64,000 nt of DNA, from positions 288,001 through 352,000 of the forward strand of contig CAVQFQ010000005.1 in assembly GCA_963711835.1 (NCBI GenBank), written 5' to 3'. This document shows, in pieces, positions 28,975-38,335 of this stretch. The notes under the pieces are model-generated. The model was given only the letters and a program-made list of their open reading frames with translations. It was not told the DNA's origin and made no database searches. The stretch comes from an uncultured delta proteobacterium. Its GTDB lineage: Bacteria; Desulfobacterota; RBG-13-43-22. The translations under genes and the position numbers were made by a program. Every line of letters starts with the position of its first letter. Position 1 is the stretch's first letter.

Positions 28975-30405
28975 ATGTTTTCCAATTTGACCCTTCTTAC
29001 CGACATGTACGAACTGACCATGGTCGGCGGTTATCTGGTCAGCGGAAAGGCCAAACAAAAGGCCAACTTTGACTACTTTTTCAGGAAGATCCCTGATGAG
29101 GGCGGGTATTGCGTTACGGCCGGGTTGGAGCAACTGATTGATTATATCAAAAAAATTCATTTCACCGCTGAGGACCTGGCTTATCTGGAGAGTCTTAACG
29201 TCTTTCCTTCCCAGGTGCTTCGCTACCTGGAAAAATTTCGCTTTACCGGCGACCTCTGGGCCATACCGGAAGGCACCCTGGTCTTTCCCCATGAACCTAT
29301 TATTCGGGTAACTGCCCCCCTTCCGGAAGCCCAATTTATCGAATCGGCCTTGTTGAACATCGTTAATTTCCAGACCCTGATCGCCACCAAGTCAGCCCGG
29401 CTCTGCATCGCTACGGAGGGAGACCCGGTTATTGAGTTCGGCCTTCGCCGGGCCCATGGACCGGATGCTGCCCTGGGGGCTGCCCGGGCCTCCTTTATCG
29501 GTGGAGCCCAGGGCACCTCAAATGTCCTGGCCGGAAGGCTTTTTGGTATCCCGGTCCGCGGCACGTTAGCCCATAGCTGGGTTGAATCCTTTCATTCGGA
29601 ACTGGAGTCATTCCAGGCCTATTGTCAAGCCTATCCCGGAGGAAGCCTCCTCTTGGTGGATACCTATGATACCCTGAAAAGCGGGGTCCCCAACGCCATA
29701 AAGGTAGGAAAGGAATTACGATCCCAGGGAGTCGGGGATTTGAAGGGGATTAGACTGGACAGCGGCGATCTGGCTTATCTCAGCCAAGAAGCTCGAACGA
29801 TGCTGGATCAGGAGGGATTTCGGGATAGTCAGATATTTGCATCCAGCGACCTGGACGAATGGATCATTGAAAGCATAAAAAAACAGGGAGGAAGGATCGA
29901 TCAATGGGGTGTGGGGACCAAATTGGTTACCGCCTATTCCACGCCGGCTCTGGGCGGAGTCTATAAGTTAACCGGTATTGAAGAAAAAGGGCGGATGATC
30001 CCCAAGATCAAACGCTCCGACAACCCGGAAAAAATTACCAATCCCGGCTTGAAAAAAGTAACCCGTTTTTTTGATGACAACGGGCTTATGCGGGGGGATG
30101 TGATGCATCTCTTAGAAGAGGTCCTCGAATCCAAACCTATGCGGGTCTTTCACCCCATGGTTCCCCATATTACCAAGGTCTATCCGCCGAAATTCGAGAG
30201 GAATGAGTTGTTGGTTCCCATCTTTTTAGAGGGGAAACTGGTCTATCAAAAGCCTTCTCTTAATGACATCCGGGAAAATACCCGCCGGAACCTGGCCCGC
30301 TTAGGTCCGGAGTTCAAGCGCTTCAGGAATCCCCACATCTATCACGTCAGCCTGAGCAAAAAACTAATGCGGGTCAAACAGGCCTTGTTAAAAGCCGCCC
30401 TTTGA
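28975..30405 (+). CDS. pncB: Nicotinate phosphoribosyltransferase
   Basis: LLTDMYELTM, EFGLRRAHG, GTLAHSW, LVDTYD and IRLDSGD. Confidence 0.95.
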   Translation: MFSNLTLLTDMYELTMVGGYLVSGKAKQKANFDYFFRKIPDEGGYCVTAGLEQLIDYIKKIHFTAEDLAYLESLNVFPSQVLRYLEKFRFTGDLWAIPEGTLVFPHEPIIRVTAPLPEAQFIESALLNIVNFQTLIATKSARLCIATEGDPVIEFGLRRAHGPDAALGAARASFIGGAQGTSNVLAGRLFGIPVRGTLAHSWVESFHSELESFQAYCQAYPGGSLLLVDTYDTLKSGVPNAIKVGKELRSQGVGDLKGIRLDSGDLAYLSQEARTMLDQEGFRDSQIFASSDLDEWIIESIKKQGGRIDQWGVGTKLVTAYSTPALGGVYKLTGIEEKGRMIPKIKRSDNPEKITNPGLKKVTRFFDDNGLMRGDVMHLLEEVLESKPMRVFHPMVPHITKVYPPKFERNELLVPIFLEGKLVYQKPSLNDIRENTRRNLARLGPEFKRFRNPHIYHVSLSKKLMRVKQALLKAAL

Positions 30406-30409
30406 GCCT

Positions 30410-30898
30410 TTAAGTTGGTTGGCTGCACACAATGGCTTCGTGTTCCTTACCTCGGACCGAGAGAATGGGAACCGGGCTGCGTCGAAAGACTTTTTCCGCT
30501 GTCGAGCCAAACAAGGTATTGGCGATATTGGTCCGGCCTTTGGTTCCCATGACCACCAGGTCAATATTCTGATCCTTGATGGCCTCAAGCAATTCTACCC
30601 AAGGGACCCCAACCCGAAAAATCCGGCTTATTTTAATCGAACCACAGCCGGCTTCTTTTATAAGTTGATCAGTCACCGCATCCCGGTCCTTTTTTTGAAG
30701 GGCGATATAATTATCCACCGTAACGCCAACCCCTTCCACCTCCACCTTACGAATGGCTTCCACATCCCGCTGATTGATAACATTGACTACCACCAACTCG
30801 GCTCCCATGGAACTGGCTAACAGGGCTGCATATTTTAAGGTCGGCTTGGAATAGTCTGAAAAATCCACTGTGGCCATAATCCTTTTGATAGAACTCAT
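30410..30898 (-). CDS. Universal stress protein (UspA family)
   Basis: IMATVDFS, DLVVMGTKGR and FGSTAEKV. Confidence 0.92.
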   Translation of the reverse strand: MSSIKRIMATVDFSDYSKPTLKYAALLASSMGAELVVVNVINQRDVEAIRKVEVEGVGVTVDNYIALQKKDRDAVTDQLIKEAGCGSIKISRIFRVGVPWVELLEAIKDQNIDLVVMGTKGRTNIANTLFGSTAEKVFRRSPVPILSVRGKEHEAIVCSQPT

Positions 30899-31124
30899 AG
30901 CTCCTCCTCACCTTCGGTATTAAATAGGAAAACCTCTCTCTCCTCTTTCCGGTCTGGCGCAGTGTTTCCGCCTTTCCTTGAGAAGGTAAGGCCATATGTC
31001 CAGAGGGGAATACCATAGCAAATTATTTTGGCCTTGGCAAAAATTTTATTGCTCCGGTCTTTCCGGCCGGATTGCCTTTCGGCCAAGGGGCTCCGAAGCA
31101 AAGGATGAGCAGGAAGCCGGTAGG

Positions 31125-31595
31125 TTAATCATCTTCCACAAACTTGGCCGGTAAATCGTCGCCGCCGGGCAGGGCCAGCCCCGGGATGACCATTAAGGTG
31201 GCCGTACCATGGGCCAGAAGACGCCCCTGGCCATCGGTCACCTCGGTCTGGCCGAGGGCCAGGGTTTTGCCCAGTTTAAGGCATTTTCCCCGGGCCACCA
31301 TTTTTCCTTCCGAGGCCGGAGCCAGGTAGTTCAGTTTCATCTCCACGGTGGTCAGGCCCAACCCTTCCTTCAATAAGGGGAAAACAGCCCAGAAGGCCGC
31401 CGCATCCACTACCGATGAAAAAACCCCTCCGTGAACCATCTGAAAGGGCTGAAGATGCTTTTGATCCAAGGCTACCTCTAAACGGGAGTTCCCCTCCCCA
31501 AATTCAATAATGGACATGGATATCAACTGAAAATACGGACATCCATTGACTCCTCTGCGGACCGCTTCGAGATAAGCTGGATTGAGTTTTTTCAC
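31125..31595 (-). CDS. PaaI-family thioesterase
   Basis: VHGG..D and TTVEMKLNYL; GTG start after AGGAGG. Confidence 0.88.
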   Translation of the reverse strand: MKKLNPAYLEAVRRGVNGCPYFQLISMSIIEFGEGNSRLEVALDQKHLQPFQMVHGGVFSSVVDAAAFWAVFPLLKEGLGLTTVEMKLNYLAPASEGKMVARGKCLKLGKTLALGQTEVTDGQGRLLAHGTATLMVIPGLALPGGDDLPAKFVEDD

Positions 31596-31627
31596 CTTTC
31601 CTCCTAACCCGAAAAATTCGGAAAATA

Positions 31628-31726
31628 TTTTTGCCACAGACAACTACAGGATCCCGCTTGCAGCGGGACGGCGAACTGCCGCTACCCTAATCGTCCGCCT
31701 TTGTCCGCGTGTGTCTGTGGCAAAAA
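31628..31726. repeat. 99-bp MITE-like element with 15-bp perfect IRs
   Basis: tttttgccacagaca ... tgtctgtggcaaaaa, with internal palindrome tcccgcttgcagcggga. Confidence 0.6.
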
Positions 31727-31843
31727 AAGTTTAACAGCCATTCATGCGTCGCAAATCCATACCTATCAAGGGGTTGCGGGTATACATGAAAATATCTTTG
31801 CCAAAAAACAAATAAAAAAATTCCAAAGGTACTAATAAGAAGT

Positions 31844-32833
31844 TTATTCCCCCTCCGGTTTCAATTGGTCGTGAACCGCTAAGGGCTTCCCGTGGTAATA
31901 AACCGCTTCTACTTTCTCTTTTTCAATAAAATCCCCGGCTACCAGCAGGAAATTTCCTTTGGCCATTTCGTCTTCCCCCAAACAGGCGACCCCTAATAGG
32001 TCTTCCCGGGAAAGGCCCGCCCGTTTCAAAAGGCGGAGTTCCTGAAAAAAGGCCCTTCCATGGGCAACCCCTTTGGACCCGCTATCCGTTCCCAGCTCGA
32101 TCTTCACCCCTATGGATCGGGCCAGCCTGATGGACTGGAGATGTTTTTCCACAATCTCTTCAATCCGTTTTTCCTCTTCCGAAGAAAGGCCGGAACGCAA
32201 CTGATCAAGGGCAAAGACAGTGGGCACCCAGGCAACGCCCTGCCGGGCCATTAATTGGATGGTATCAGGACGGATAAAAAAACCGTGTTCAATGGAGGCC
32301 GCTCCCCCTATCACGGCCGTTCTGATGGCCCCCTCCGAATTGGCATGGCAGCGTATTTTTAGGTTGCATTTCCGGGCCGTTTCTGCGATGGCCCTCCACT
32401 CCTCCGAGGAGAAACCGCCTTCGGTAACCGGGTTTTCCCTCCGGACGGAAACCATTCCGGAGTTGATGATTTTGAGAAAATCGACCCCGGATTGAGCCAG
32501 CTCCTTGATGCTCTCCTCGATTTCTTCTACTCCGGAAACCCCTTTCCCTAAAAAACCGCCGTAGGTCCCTTTTTTATAAAGGGCCCAACCGGCAGTCCGC
32601 CAGCCCACAGGGGACTCAGAAACGCCGGCCAATCCTTTTTTAGCCGACAGACCCAAGCCGCTTTTATGCCCCATATCCTCAAAATAATAAATTCCGGAAG
32701 AAAGATAAAGCGCCCTTAGAACGGATACCCCTTCCAGGTCCATAGGACGACCTTCGGTCATAAGATGAACATGGGCATCTTTAAAAGGGGGGATTTTGAT
32801 GAGGTCGGTTTGCTCTTCCAGATCATGGCCCAA
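31844..32833 (-). CDS. Amidohydrolase family protein
   Basis: DAHVH, LKII, CHAN, SIEHG and GTDSG. Confidence 0.85.
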   Translation of the reverse strand: MGHDLEEQTDLIKIPPFKDAHVHLMTEGRPMDLEGVSVLRALYLSSGIYYFEDMGHKSGLGLSAKKGLAGVSESPVGWRTAGWALYKKGTYGGFLGKGVSGVEEIEESIKELAQSGVDFLKIINSGMVSVRRENPVTEGGFSSEEWRAIAETARKCNLKIRCHANSEGAIRTAVIGGAASIEHGFFIRPDTIQLMARQGVAWVPTVFALDQLRSGLSSEEEKRIEEIVEKHLQSIRLARSIGVKIELGTDSGSKGVAHGRAFFQELRLLKRAGLSREDLLGVACLGEDEMAKGNFLLVAGDFIEKEKVEAVYYHGKPLAVHDQLKPEGE

Positions 32834-32865
32834 TGGCGTCGATCACGAGGTGTAAATGAGTGCCT

Positions 32866-33498
32866 TTATCTGACCAAATTGTTTTGCAGGGCATAGCGGA
32901 TTATTTCCGCATTATTTCCCATCTTCATTTTTTCCAGGATGCGGGAGCGGTAGGTGCTGATGGTCTTGATGCTCAGGTTGAGATCATCCCCTATATCCTT
33001 CAGCCTTTTTCCCGAGGCGAGCATACATAAGACCTGGTATTCCCGGTCCGAAAGGTTCTCATGGGGAGGTTTTTCGGCGTTGATTTCCAGGTCGATGGCC
33101 AATTTTTCTGCCAGGGTGGCGCTGATATATTTCCGGCCCTGGGCCACCTTGCGAATGGCGGATATCAATTCTTCCGGAACGCTTTCTTTGGTCAAATAAC
33201 CGGCGGCCCCTAATTTTAAAACCCGCACCGCATATTGATCTTCAGGGTAAATGCTTAGAATCAAAACAGCCGGCTTGGGCTTTTTGCTTTTCAATTCCCT
33301 TAAAATATCGAGGCCGTTCCTCTCCGGCATGGAAATATCCAGCAAAATGACATCATAATCATTTTTCATCACCTTTTTCATTACTTCCTGACCGGAAGCG
33401 GCCTCGTCGGCCACCACCAGGTCGCGGGTTTCCGCCAGAATCTGTTTAATGCCTTGGCGAACTACCGGATGATCGTCTGCAATAAGTATTTTAATCAT
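32866..33498 (-). CDS. NarL/UvrY-family response regulator (no adjacent kinase)
   Basis: REC domain (ADDH, LLDISMP) plus LuxR HTH (LSDREYQV, SIKTISTY). Confidence 0.93.
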   Translation of the reverse strand: MIKILIADDHPVVRQGIKQILAETRDLVVADEAASGQEVMKKVMKNDYDVILLDISMPERNGLDILRELKSKKPKPAVLILSIYPEDQYAVRVLKLGAAGYLTKESVPEELISAIRKVAQGRKYISATLAEKLAIDLEINAEKPPHENLSDREYQVLCMLASGKRLKDIGDDLNLSIKTISTYRSRILEKMKMGNNAEIIRYALQNNLVR

Positions 33499-33856
33499 AG
33501 CGCTACTCCTTTTAGTTTTTTTCGACCCGGAGGAGTCTTTCATCAAAAGTGTCTGCCTGCCCTTAGGCCTTACGATTTTTAAACAGATATAATCCTATTA
33601 AAACCCGGTTAATCTGTCAAGTTTTTTCCTTCAGGAAAGGATTTCCCTCTATTTTATATAACCTATTAATTTATTGCACTATTATTTTAATAATCCGACA
33701 ATAAATGTGGGAATAAGGTAAGTAAATTTGAGAGAATGGTTTAAAAATGTAGGAACAAAAAACGGGTAAATTATGGGGGATCAAGACAACCCGGTCCGGT
33801 TCCCGCCCCCAATCTCCGGAAACGGGAACCGAAAGCCAGGTTTATTTTTTGGGATA

Positions 33857-34156
33857 GTCCCAAGGTTACGTGATTCTCAAACCGAAGGGGTTACTTCAAA
33901 GGGCTTCAGGGGTCTTGATTTCAAGGATTGTCCGCCAAAACGCCGGCAGCCTGAACCCGGGCAGGAAGTTTATAACGGGGTTTAGAAACAGGCCTACACC
34001 AAAGCGATTTACCGTCTTGGGTGAATGCCCGGCTCCCAACCAACTTAGAAATTTGGGCCGGGTTGGGGCAACGGATTACCGTTCGGACAACCTTGAAATC
34101 AAGACCCCCGAAGCCCTCAACGAATGGATTGCTCAGAAATCACGTAACCTTGGGAC
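33857..34156. mobile_element. Non-autonomous element with nested inverted repeats and a structured core (copy 1)
   Basis: Outer 19-bp IR at 33857-33875/34138-34156, inner ~34-bp IR at 33900-33934/34084-34117, core shared with 46137-46329. Confidence 0.65.
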
Positions 34157-34161
34157 AACCT

Positions 34162-34950
34162 CTATTTTTTATCCTGGCTGATGGTCCCGGTAATATTTTT
34201 TTTGGCCATATTTTCAACGAGCAGGGTTACGGCAGCAGCGATTACATCTCGGGTGGCTTCCTCTAAAGGGGTATTTTTAAACGAATTAAACCAGCCCCCG
34301 GCGGCGCCTCCCCCAAACCAGCCGAAGCCGCCGATACCGAAATTCCAACGGCCGGATTTGCCTTCCACGGCCTTGCTGACCACGATCCGGGCATCTTTTA
34401 CTCGAATCGCCCGCAAGTCGAGCCCGATATGCGCTTCGCTCTTGCCCCCTTTAACGCCGACCCCGCCGATGAAAGGCAAAGGGATGACGATTCCCCCGCC
34501 GCCCCCGCCTTTACCGGCGGCATTCATTTCCAGGGCCGTAATCGAACCGGTGATCACATAATCGGCCCCCTCGATCAGATCCTTGGGGTTTTTCCCGTGC
34601 AGTTTGATTTCATCTTTGACCTCCTCCAGGGCGGCTCTTTCCAGTACATCGAAACATCCGGTTTCCACCAGGGCCGTCAGGAGCATATCGGCCATACCCT
34701 CCCCTAAGGCCTGGGGGCTTAACTGAATGGTTTGATACCCTGTAAAAACCAGGCTGTTGCTGTGGCAGGCCGCCGCCTTGCATTTGAATCCCTTGGCGAC
34801 CACCGCGCCGATCGGATTGTCGCATTTGGGCAGGACCATTTTCCGCTCTTTGACATCTTTCCCATAGGTTCCATCTTCCTGGGCTAAAACCCAAGTCCCT
34901 GACCAGATTAGAGCCAATAGGATAAAGAAGCCTTTAGTAATCCATTTCAT
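34162..34950 (-). CDS. CsgG/HfaB-family protein
   Basis: Signal peptide, GMADMLLTALV..F.VLER, GADYVITGSIT and LDLRAI. Confidence 0.8.
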   Translation of the reverse strand: MKWITKGFFILLALIWSGTWVLAQEDGTYGKDVKERKMVLPKCDNPIGAVVAKGFKCKAAACHSNSLVFTGYQTIQLSPQALGEGMADMLLTALVETGCFDVLERAALEEVKDEIKLHGKNPKDLIEGADYVITGSITALEMNAAGKGGGGGGIVIPLPFIGGVGVKGGKSEAHIGLDLRAIRVKDARIVVSKAVEGKSGRWNFGIGGFGWFGGGAAGGWFNSFKNTPLEEATRDVIAAAVTLLVENMAKKNITGTISQDKK

Positions 34951-35332
34951 TCCTGCACCTCCTCAGTCTATTTGATCCTTCTTTTACTGATTTTTTCAGG
35001 TTAGGGCAAGGTCTTTTTGACCAGGCTTTCCCTTGTCCGGCCTCCTCATGATAATCAAGGACTCCATAAGATACAATCAGGCGGCCTTCCACTACTATCC
35101 CCTTGGTAACATTTAATTATGATTAAACTGGACGATCCGAGTCCGCTTTTTCCGGATCAAGGAAAAGGGATCAAAACTGTCCGAAAAAACTTGACTTATA
35201 TTTTTAAATTGTGGTAAAGATTTACCCGAATTGGAATCCTTATCTTATGGAACTTATTGATTTTATGATATAATTTTCCTATCAAAGATTTCCCGGGAAC
35301 CGCTTCGCCAATACTTATAAAGGAGACCGTTT

Positions 35333-36484
35333 ATGTCCGTAACCCCATTTATGGAAGTTAACCAGGCCATCGCAGCCATGGGTGGAGATACTTTAAATAA
35401 TTGCATGCAGTGCGGCCTCTGCGCCGGTCTTTGTCCCTGGGGCAGGGTCGTGGAGGGATCACCCTTTGTGGTTCGTAAATTGATCCGCATGGGGCAACTG
35501 GGGCTGGAAGGCTTTGAGTCCGATGAGATCCTCTATGCCTGCACCACCTGCAACCTCTGCGTTAAAAACTGCCCCCGCCAGGTAAAAATCATCGATGTTA
35601 TCCGAGCCATGCGCAGTATGATTGCCGAAACCGGGGCTATTCCTCAGAATTTGAGGCCCATCCTGGGCAGTGTTCACAGCCAAGGCAACCCCTGGGCCGA
35701 AGACCGGTCCAAGCGGATCAATTGGACCCAGGGACTGGAGGTGCCCACCTTCGGCCCTGATACCGAGTATTTTCTTTTTATCTGTTGTACCTCGGCCTTT
35801 GATCAGAGGAGTCAAAAAATTGCCCAGGCAATCGTGGAGCTTCTCCGGGCCGCCGGGGTGAGTTTCGGTATCATCGGGAATGAGGAATCCTGCTGCGGGG
35901 AATCGGTCAGGAAAATTGGGGATGAAGCCCTGTTCACTAAATTGGCCGGACAGAATATTGCTTTGTTCAAAGAGAAAGGGGTAAAGAAGATCATTACCAC
36001 TTCTCCCCACTGTTTCACGACCTTTTCCAAAGAATACCCGGAATTGGGAGGCCAATTCGAAGTCCAGCATTATTCTCAATTCTTAAGTAAACTGGTTCAG
36101 GAAGGAAAATTGACCCCTAAAAACGCCTTGGACAAGAAGGTCGTCTACCACGACCCCTGTTACCTCGGCCGTCACAACGAGGTGTACGGGGATCCCCGGG
36201 ATCTCTTGAAGGCCATCCCCGGATTGGAGTTGATGGAGTTCTCGCAGAACAAGGCTTTCAGCCTCTGCTGCGGTGGAGGCGGCGGCCGTCTCTGGATGGA
36301 AACCAAACCGGAACAGCGATTTTCCGACAAAAAAATGATCGAAGCCGCGGATCGGGGAGCCCAGGTCCTGGCTACCGCCTGCCCTTACTGCATTACCCTT
36401 TTCGAAGACAGCCGCAAAGGGACCGGCAAGGAGGAACAGATCGAAGTGAAGGATCTAACGGAGTTATTGCAGGCATCTTTATAA
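35333..36484 (+). CDS. Fe-S oxidoreductase, HdrD/GlpC-like with CCG domains
   Basis: CMQCGLCAGLCP, CTTCNLC..CP, CCG twice, YHDPCYLGR and ATACPYC. Confidence 0.9.
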   Translation: MSVTPFMEVNQAIAAMGGDTLNNCMQCGLCAGLCPWGRVVEGSPFVVRKLIRMGQLGLEGFESDEILYACTTCNLCVKNCPRQVKIIDVIRAMRSMIAETGAIPQNLRPILGSVHSQGNPWAEDRSKRINWTQGLEVPTFGPDTEYFLFICCTSAFDQRSQKIAQAIVELLRAAGVSFGIIGNEESCCGESVRKIGDEALFTKLAGQNIALFKEKGVKKIITTSPHCFTTFSKEYPELGGQFEVQHYSQFLSKLVQEGKLTPKNALDKKVVYHDPCYLGRHNEVYGDPRDLLKAIPGLELMEFSQNKAFSLCCGGGGGRLWMETKPEQRFSDKKMIEAADRGAQVLATACPYCITLFEDSRKGTGKEEQIEVKDLTELLQASL

Positions 36485-36500
36485 TCCTTTTAAACAGGGT

Positions 36501-36545
36501 GGCCCCGGGAAGGAGGAACCTCTTTCCTGGGGCTTTTTCTTTTTG
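36501..36545 (+). terminator. Intrinsic terminator
   Basis: gccccgggaa...ttcctggggc followed by tttttcttttt. Confidence 0.7.
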
Positions 36546-36559
36546 GGCTGCCTTGTCCC

Positions 36560-36964
36560 TCAGGGGCAGACGGTACGAACTTCCTCCTGAAACAATTTCC
36601 CGTCCTGAAAAACCTGCATCCGTATTGACTGACAGTCCGTTTTTGAATCCGGGAGCACGGGAAAGGCCTCGATCCGCTGCCTCCCGTCGACCGTCTGGTA
36701 GGCGACCGGTTTCCCCTGCCGGGCCGCCTCTCGGCCGGTCCGCAGTATCATTTCGGCCGTCTTTATCGTGAAGTGCTCAGACAGGGCCCCGCCGATCAGC
36801 CCTCCGCGCCAGGTCTGATCGTTATCAAACCGGAGACTCGACAGGGAAGCGGTCCCCTGCCCGGCCGCTCCGTTAAGATGCGGCTGCTCCGTCCCGCAGG
36901 CCCCCAAGAGGCTAATGGAAAGGAAGGAGGCCGCAACTAAAGTGACCCAAACGCTTCCGGTCAT
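36560..36964 (-). CDS. Glycine-zipper-like lipoprotein
   Basis: LGAC lipobox, WRGGLIGGAL. Confidence 0.65.
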   Translation of the reverse strand: MTGSVWVTLVAASFLSISLLGACGTEQPHLNGAAGQGTASLSSLRFDNDQTWRGGLIGGALSEHFTIKTAEMILRTGREAARQGKPVAYQTVDGRQRIEAFPVLPDSKTDCQSIRMQVFQDGKLFQEEVRTVCP

Positions 36965-36973
36965 TCCGCCCGT

Positions 36974-37654
36974 CTATTCCTGGCCCTTGGGCGGTTTCAT
37001 TTTTTTCATCTCTTTGATCATCTGATCCATGTTTCCAGGTTTGCCCATGCCCATTAATTCCTGCATGCTGCCGGCCTTCTTGTAGTCCCTGGGGACTTCG
37101 AACATGGAAGCCTGGGCCGCACCGACCTTGATATTTTTCATCTCGGTGACGATTTTGCCGCTTCCTCCCATCTTTTTCATTTCCGGCACATCCATCTCAT
37201 TACGGATCGGCAATCCCCCCAGGTCCTGGGCCTCCCAGACAACGGCTTTATATTTTTCTGCTGGCCGATCCTTAAAATAGACGACGGCGTCATATTTAAT
37301 ACAGGGGTGGCCGTCTATGGTCTCCGACCCGAGTTTCTTTTTCTCCACCACCACATTAGGGTCCATCGTATTCGGGGTCTTATCCGGCTGCATGGGTTGT
37401 TCGAAATAAGATTTACTCCCGGGTGAGAGCATAATGGTCTTTTTCTGATCTAATAAATTGATGGTTACCAGGTTCTGCATCATCTGGGTTTCAATCCGGG
37501 TTTTCTGGCTCATCTTGGCCATGGGCATGGACATGCCTCCCATGACCATGGTGGCCGTAAAATTATCCGGCGGGGCCGCCCAAAGGGTCGCAGCCATAAA
37601 TAGAAAGGCCATGATAGGTGTCAGCGTCAAACCAACGGTTCTTTTTTTTCTCAT
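36974..37654 (-). CDS. Exported DUF4412-like protein
   Basis: Signal peptide, LGSETIDGHPC.KY and FEVPRDYK. Confidence 0.7.
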   Translation of the reverse strand: MRKKRTVGLTLTPIMAFLFMAATLWAAPPDNFTATMVMGGMSMPMAKMSQKTRIETQMMQNLVTINLLDQKKTIMLSPGSKSYFEQPMQPDKTPNTMDPNVVVEKKKLGSETIDGHPCIKYDAVVYFKDRPAEKYKAVVWEAQDLGGLPIRNEMDVPEMKKMGGSGKIVTEMKNIKVGAAQASMFEVPRDYKKAGSMQELMGMGKPGNMDQMIKEMKKMKPPKGQE

Positions 37655-37729
37655 CTTTCCTCCTTAATTTTTACTGTTTTTACTCCACTTGCTTATCCGA
37701 TACGCCTCCTGATCAGAAAGGGGAACCTC

Positions 37730-38335
37730 CTAAGGCCGGTCCTCTATCCGAAAAGTTTCGGCTTTCGTCTCTATCCCTTTCCAGATCTCTTCTTTGCCTT
37801 CTCTGGTCCTGGCCGAAAAAAAAACCGGATTCAGGGCAGGCCGGCCCAAGGTCTCGATGATCTCCGCCCAGGCCGTTTTTCTTGCCTCACGGCCAACGGT
37901 ATCCACCTTGGTCATCACAACCAACGGACCTTGATCCAAAAAATGGGCCTGGTCAAAAAAGGCCTTATCTTCGGCATTGGGCCGGCGTCGAATATCCAGC
38001 AACAAGACGACCAGAACCAAGGCTTTCCTGTTTTCCAAGTAGGTGATGGTCGCCTGGTGATACTTCCGGATCACCTCCTTCGAGGCCTTGGAGAACCCAT
38101 ATCCCGGAAGGTCGACCAGGACCAGCGTTTGATTGACCAAAAAGAAATTCAAGGTCTGGGTCTGACCGGGCCGGCGGCTGGTTCGGACCAGATCTTTCCG
38201 ACTCAGCAGGGTATTGATAAGGGAAGATTTCCCGACATTGGAGCGGCCGGCAAAGGCCACCTCGGGATAGGTAAAATCCGGAAAATCCGGGAGCCGCAAG
38301 GCGCTCTTTATGAACTCGGCTGAACGGATAATCAC
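37730..38335 (-). CDS. engB: Ribosome biogenesis GTPase EngB/YihA
   Basis: GRSNVGKSS, DLPGYG and TKVD. Confidence 0.95.
   Translation of the reverse strand: MIIRSAEFIKSALRLPDFPDFTYPEVAFAGRSNVGKSSLINTLLSRKDLVRTSRRPGQTQTLNFFLVNQTLVLVDLPGYGFSKASKEVIRKYHQATITYLENRKALVLVVLLLDIRRRPNAEDKAFFDQAHFLDQGPLVVMTKVDTVGREARKTAWAEIIETLGRPALNPVFFSARTREGKEEIWKGIETKAETFRIEDRP

Noticed and set aside
33988-34090. Known ribozyme or riboswitch (hammerhead, twister, HDV-like, c-di-GMP) in the repeated core
   Set aside because: I could not place the required core nucleotides by eye, so it is left unassigned.
33773-34266. Short ORFs (70-103 aa) between the regulator and the CsgG-like gene
   Set aside because: They overlap the inverted-repeat element and show no protein features.
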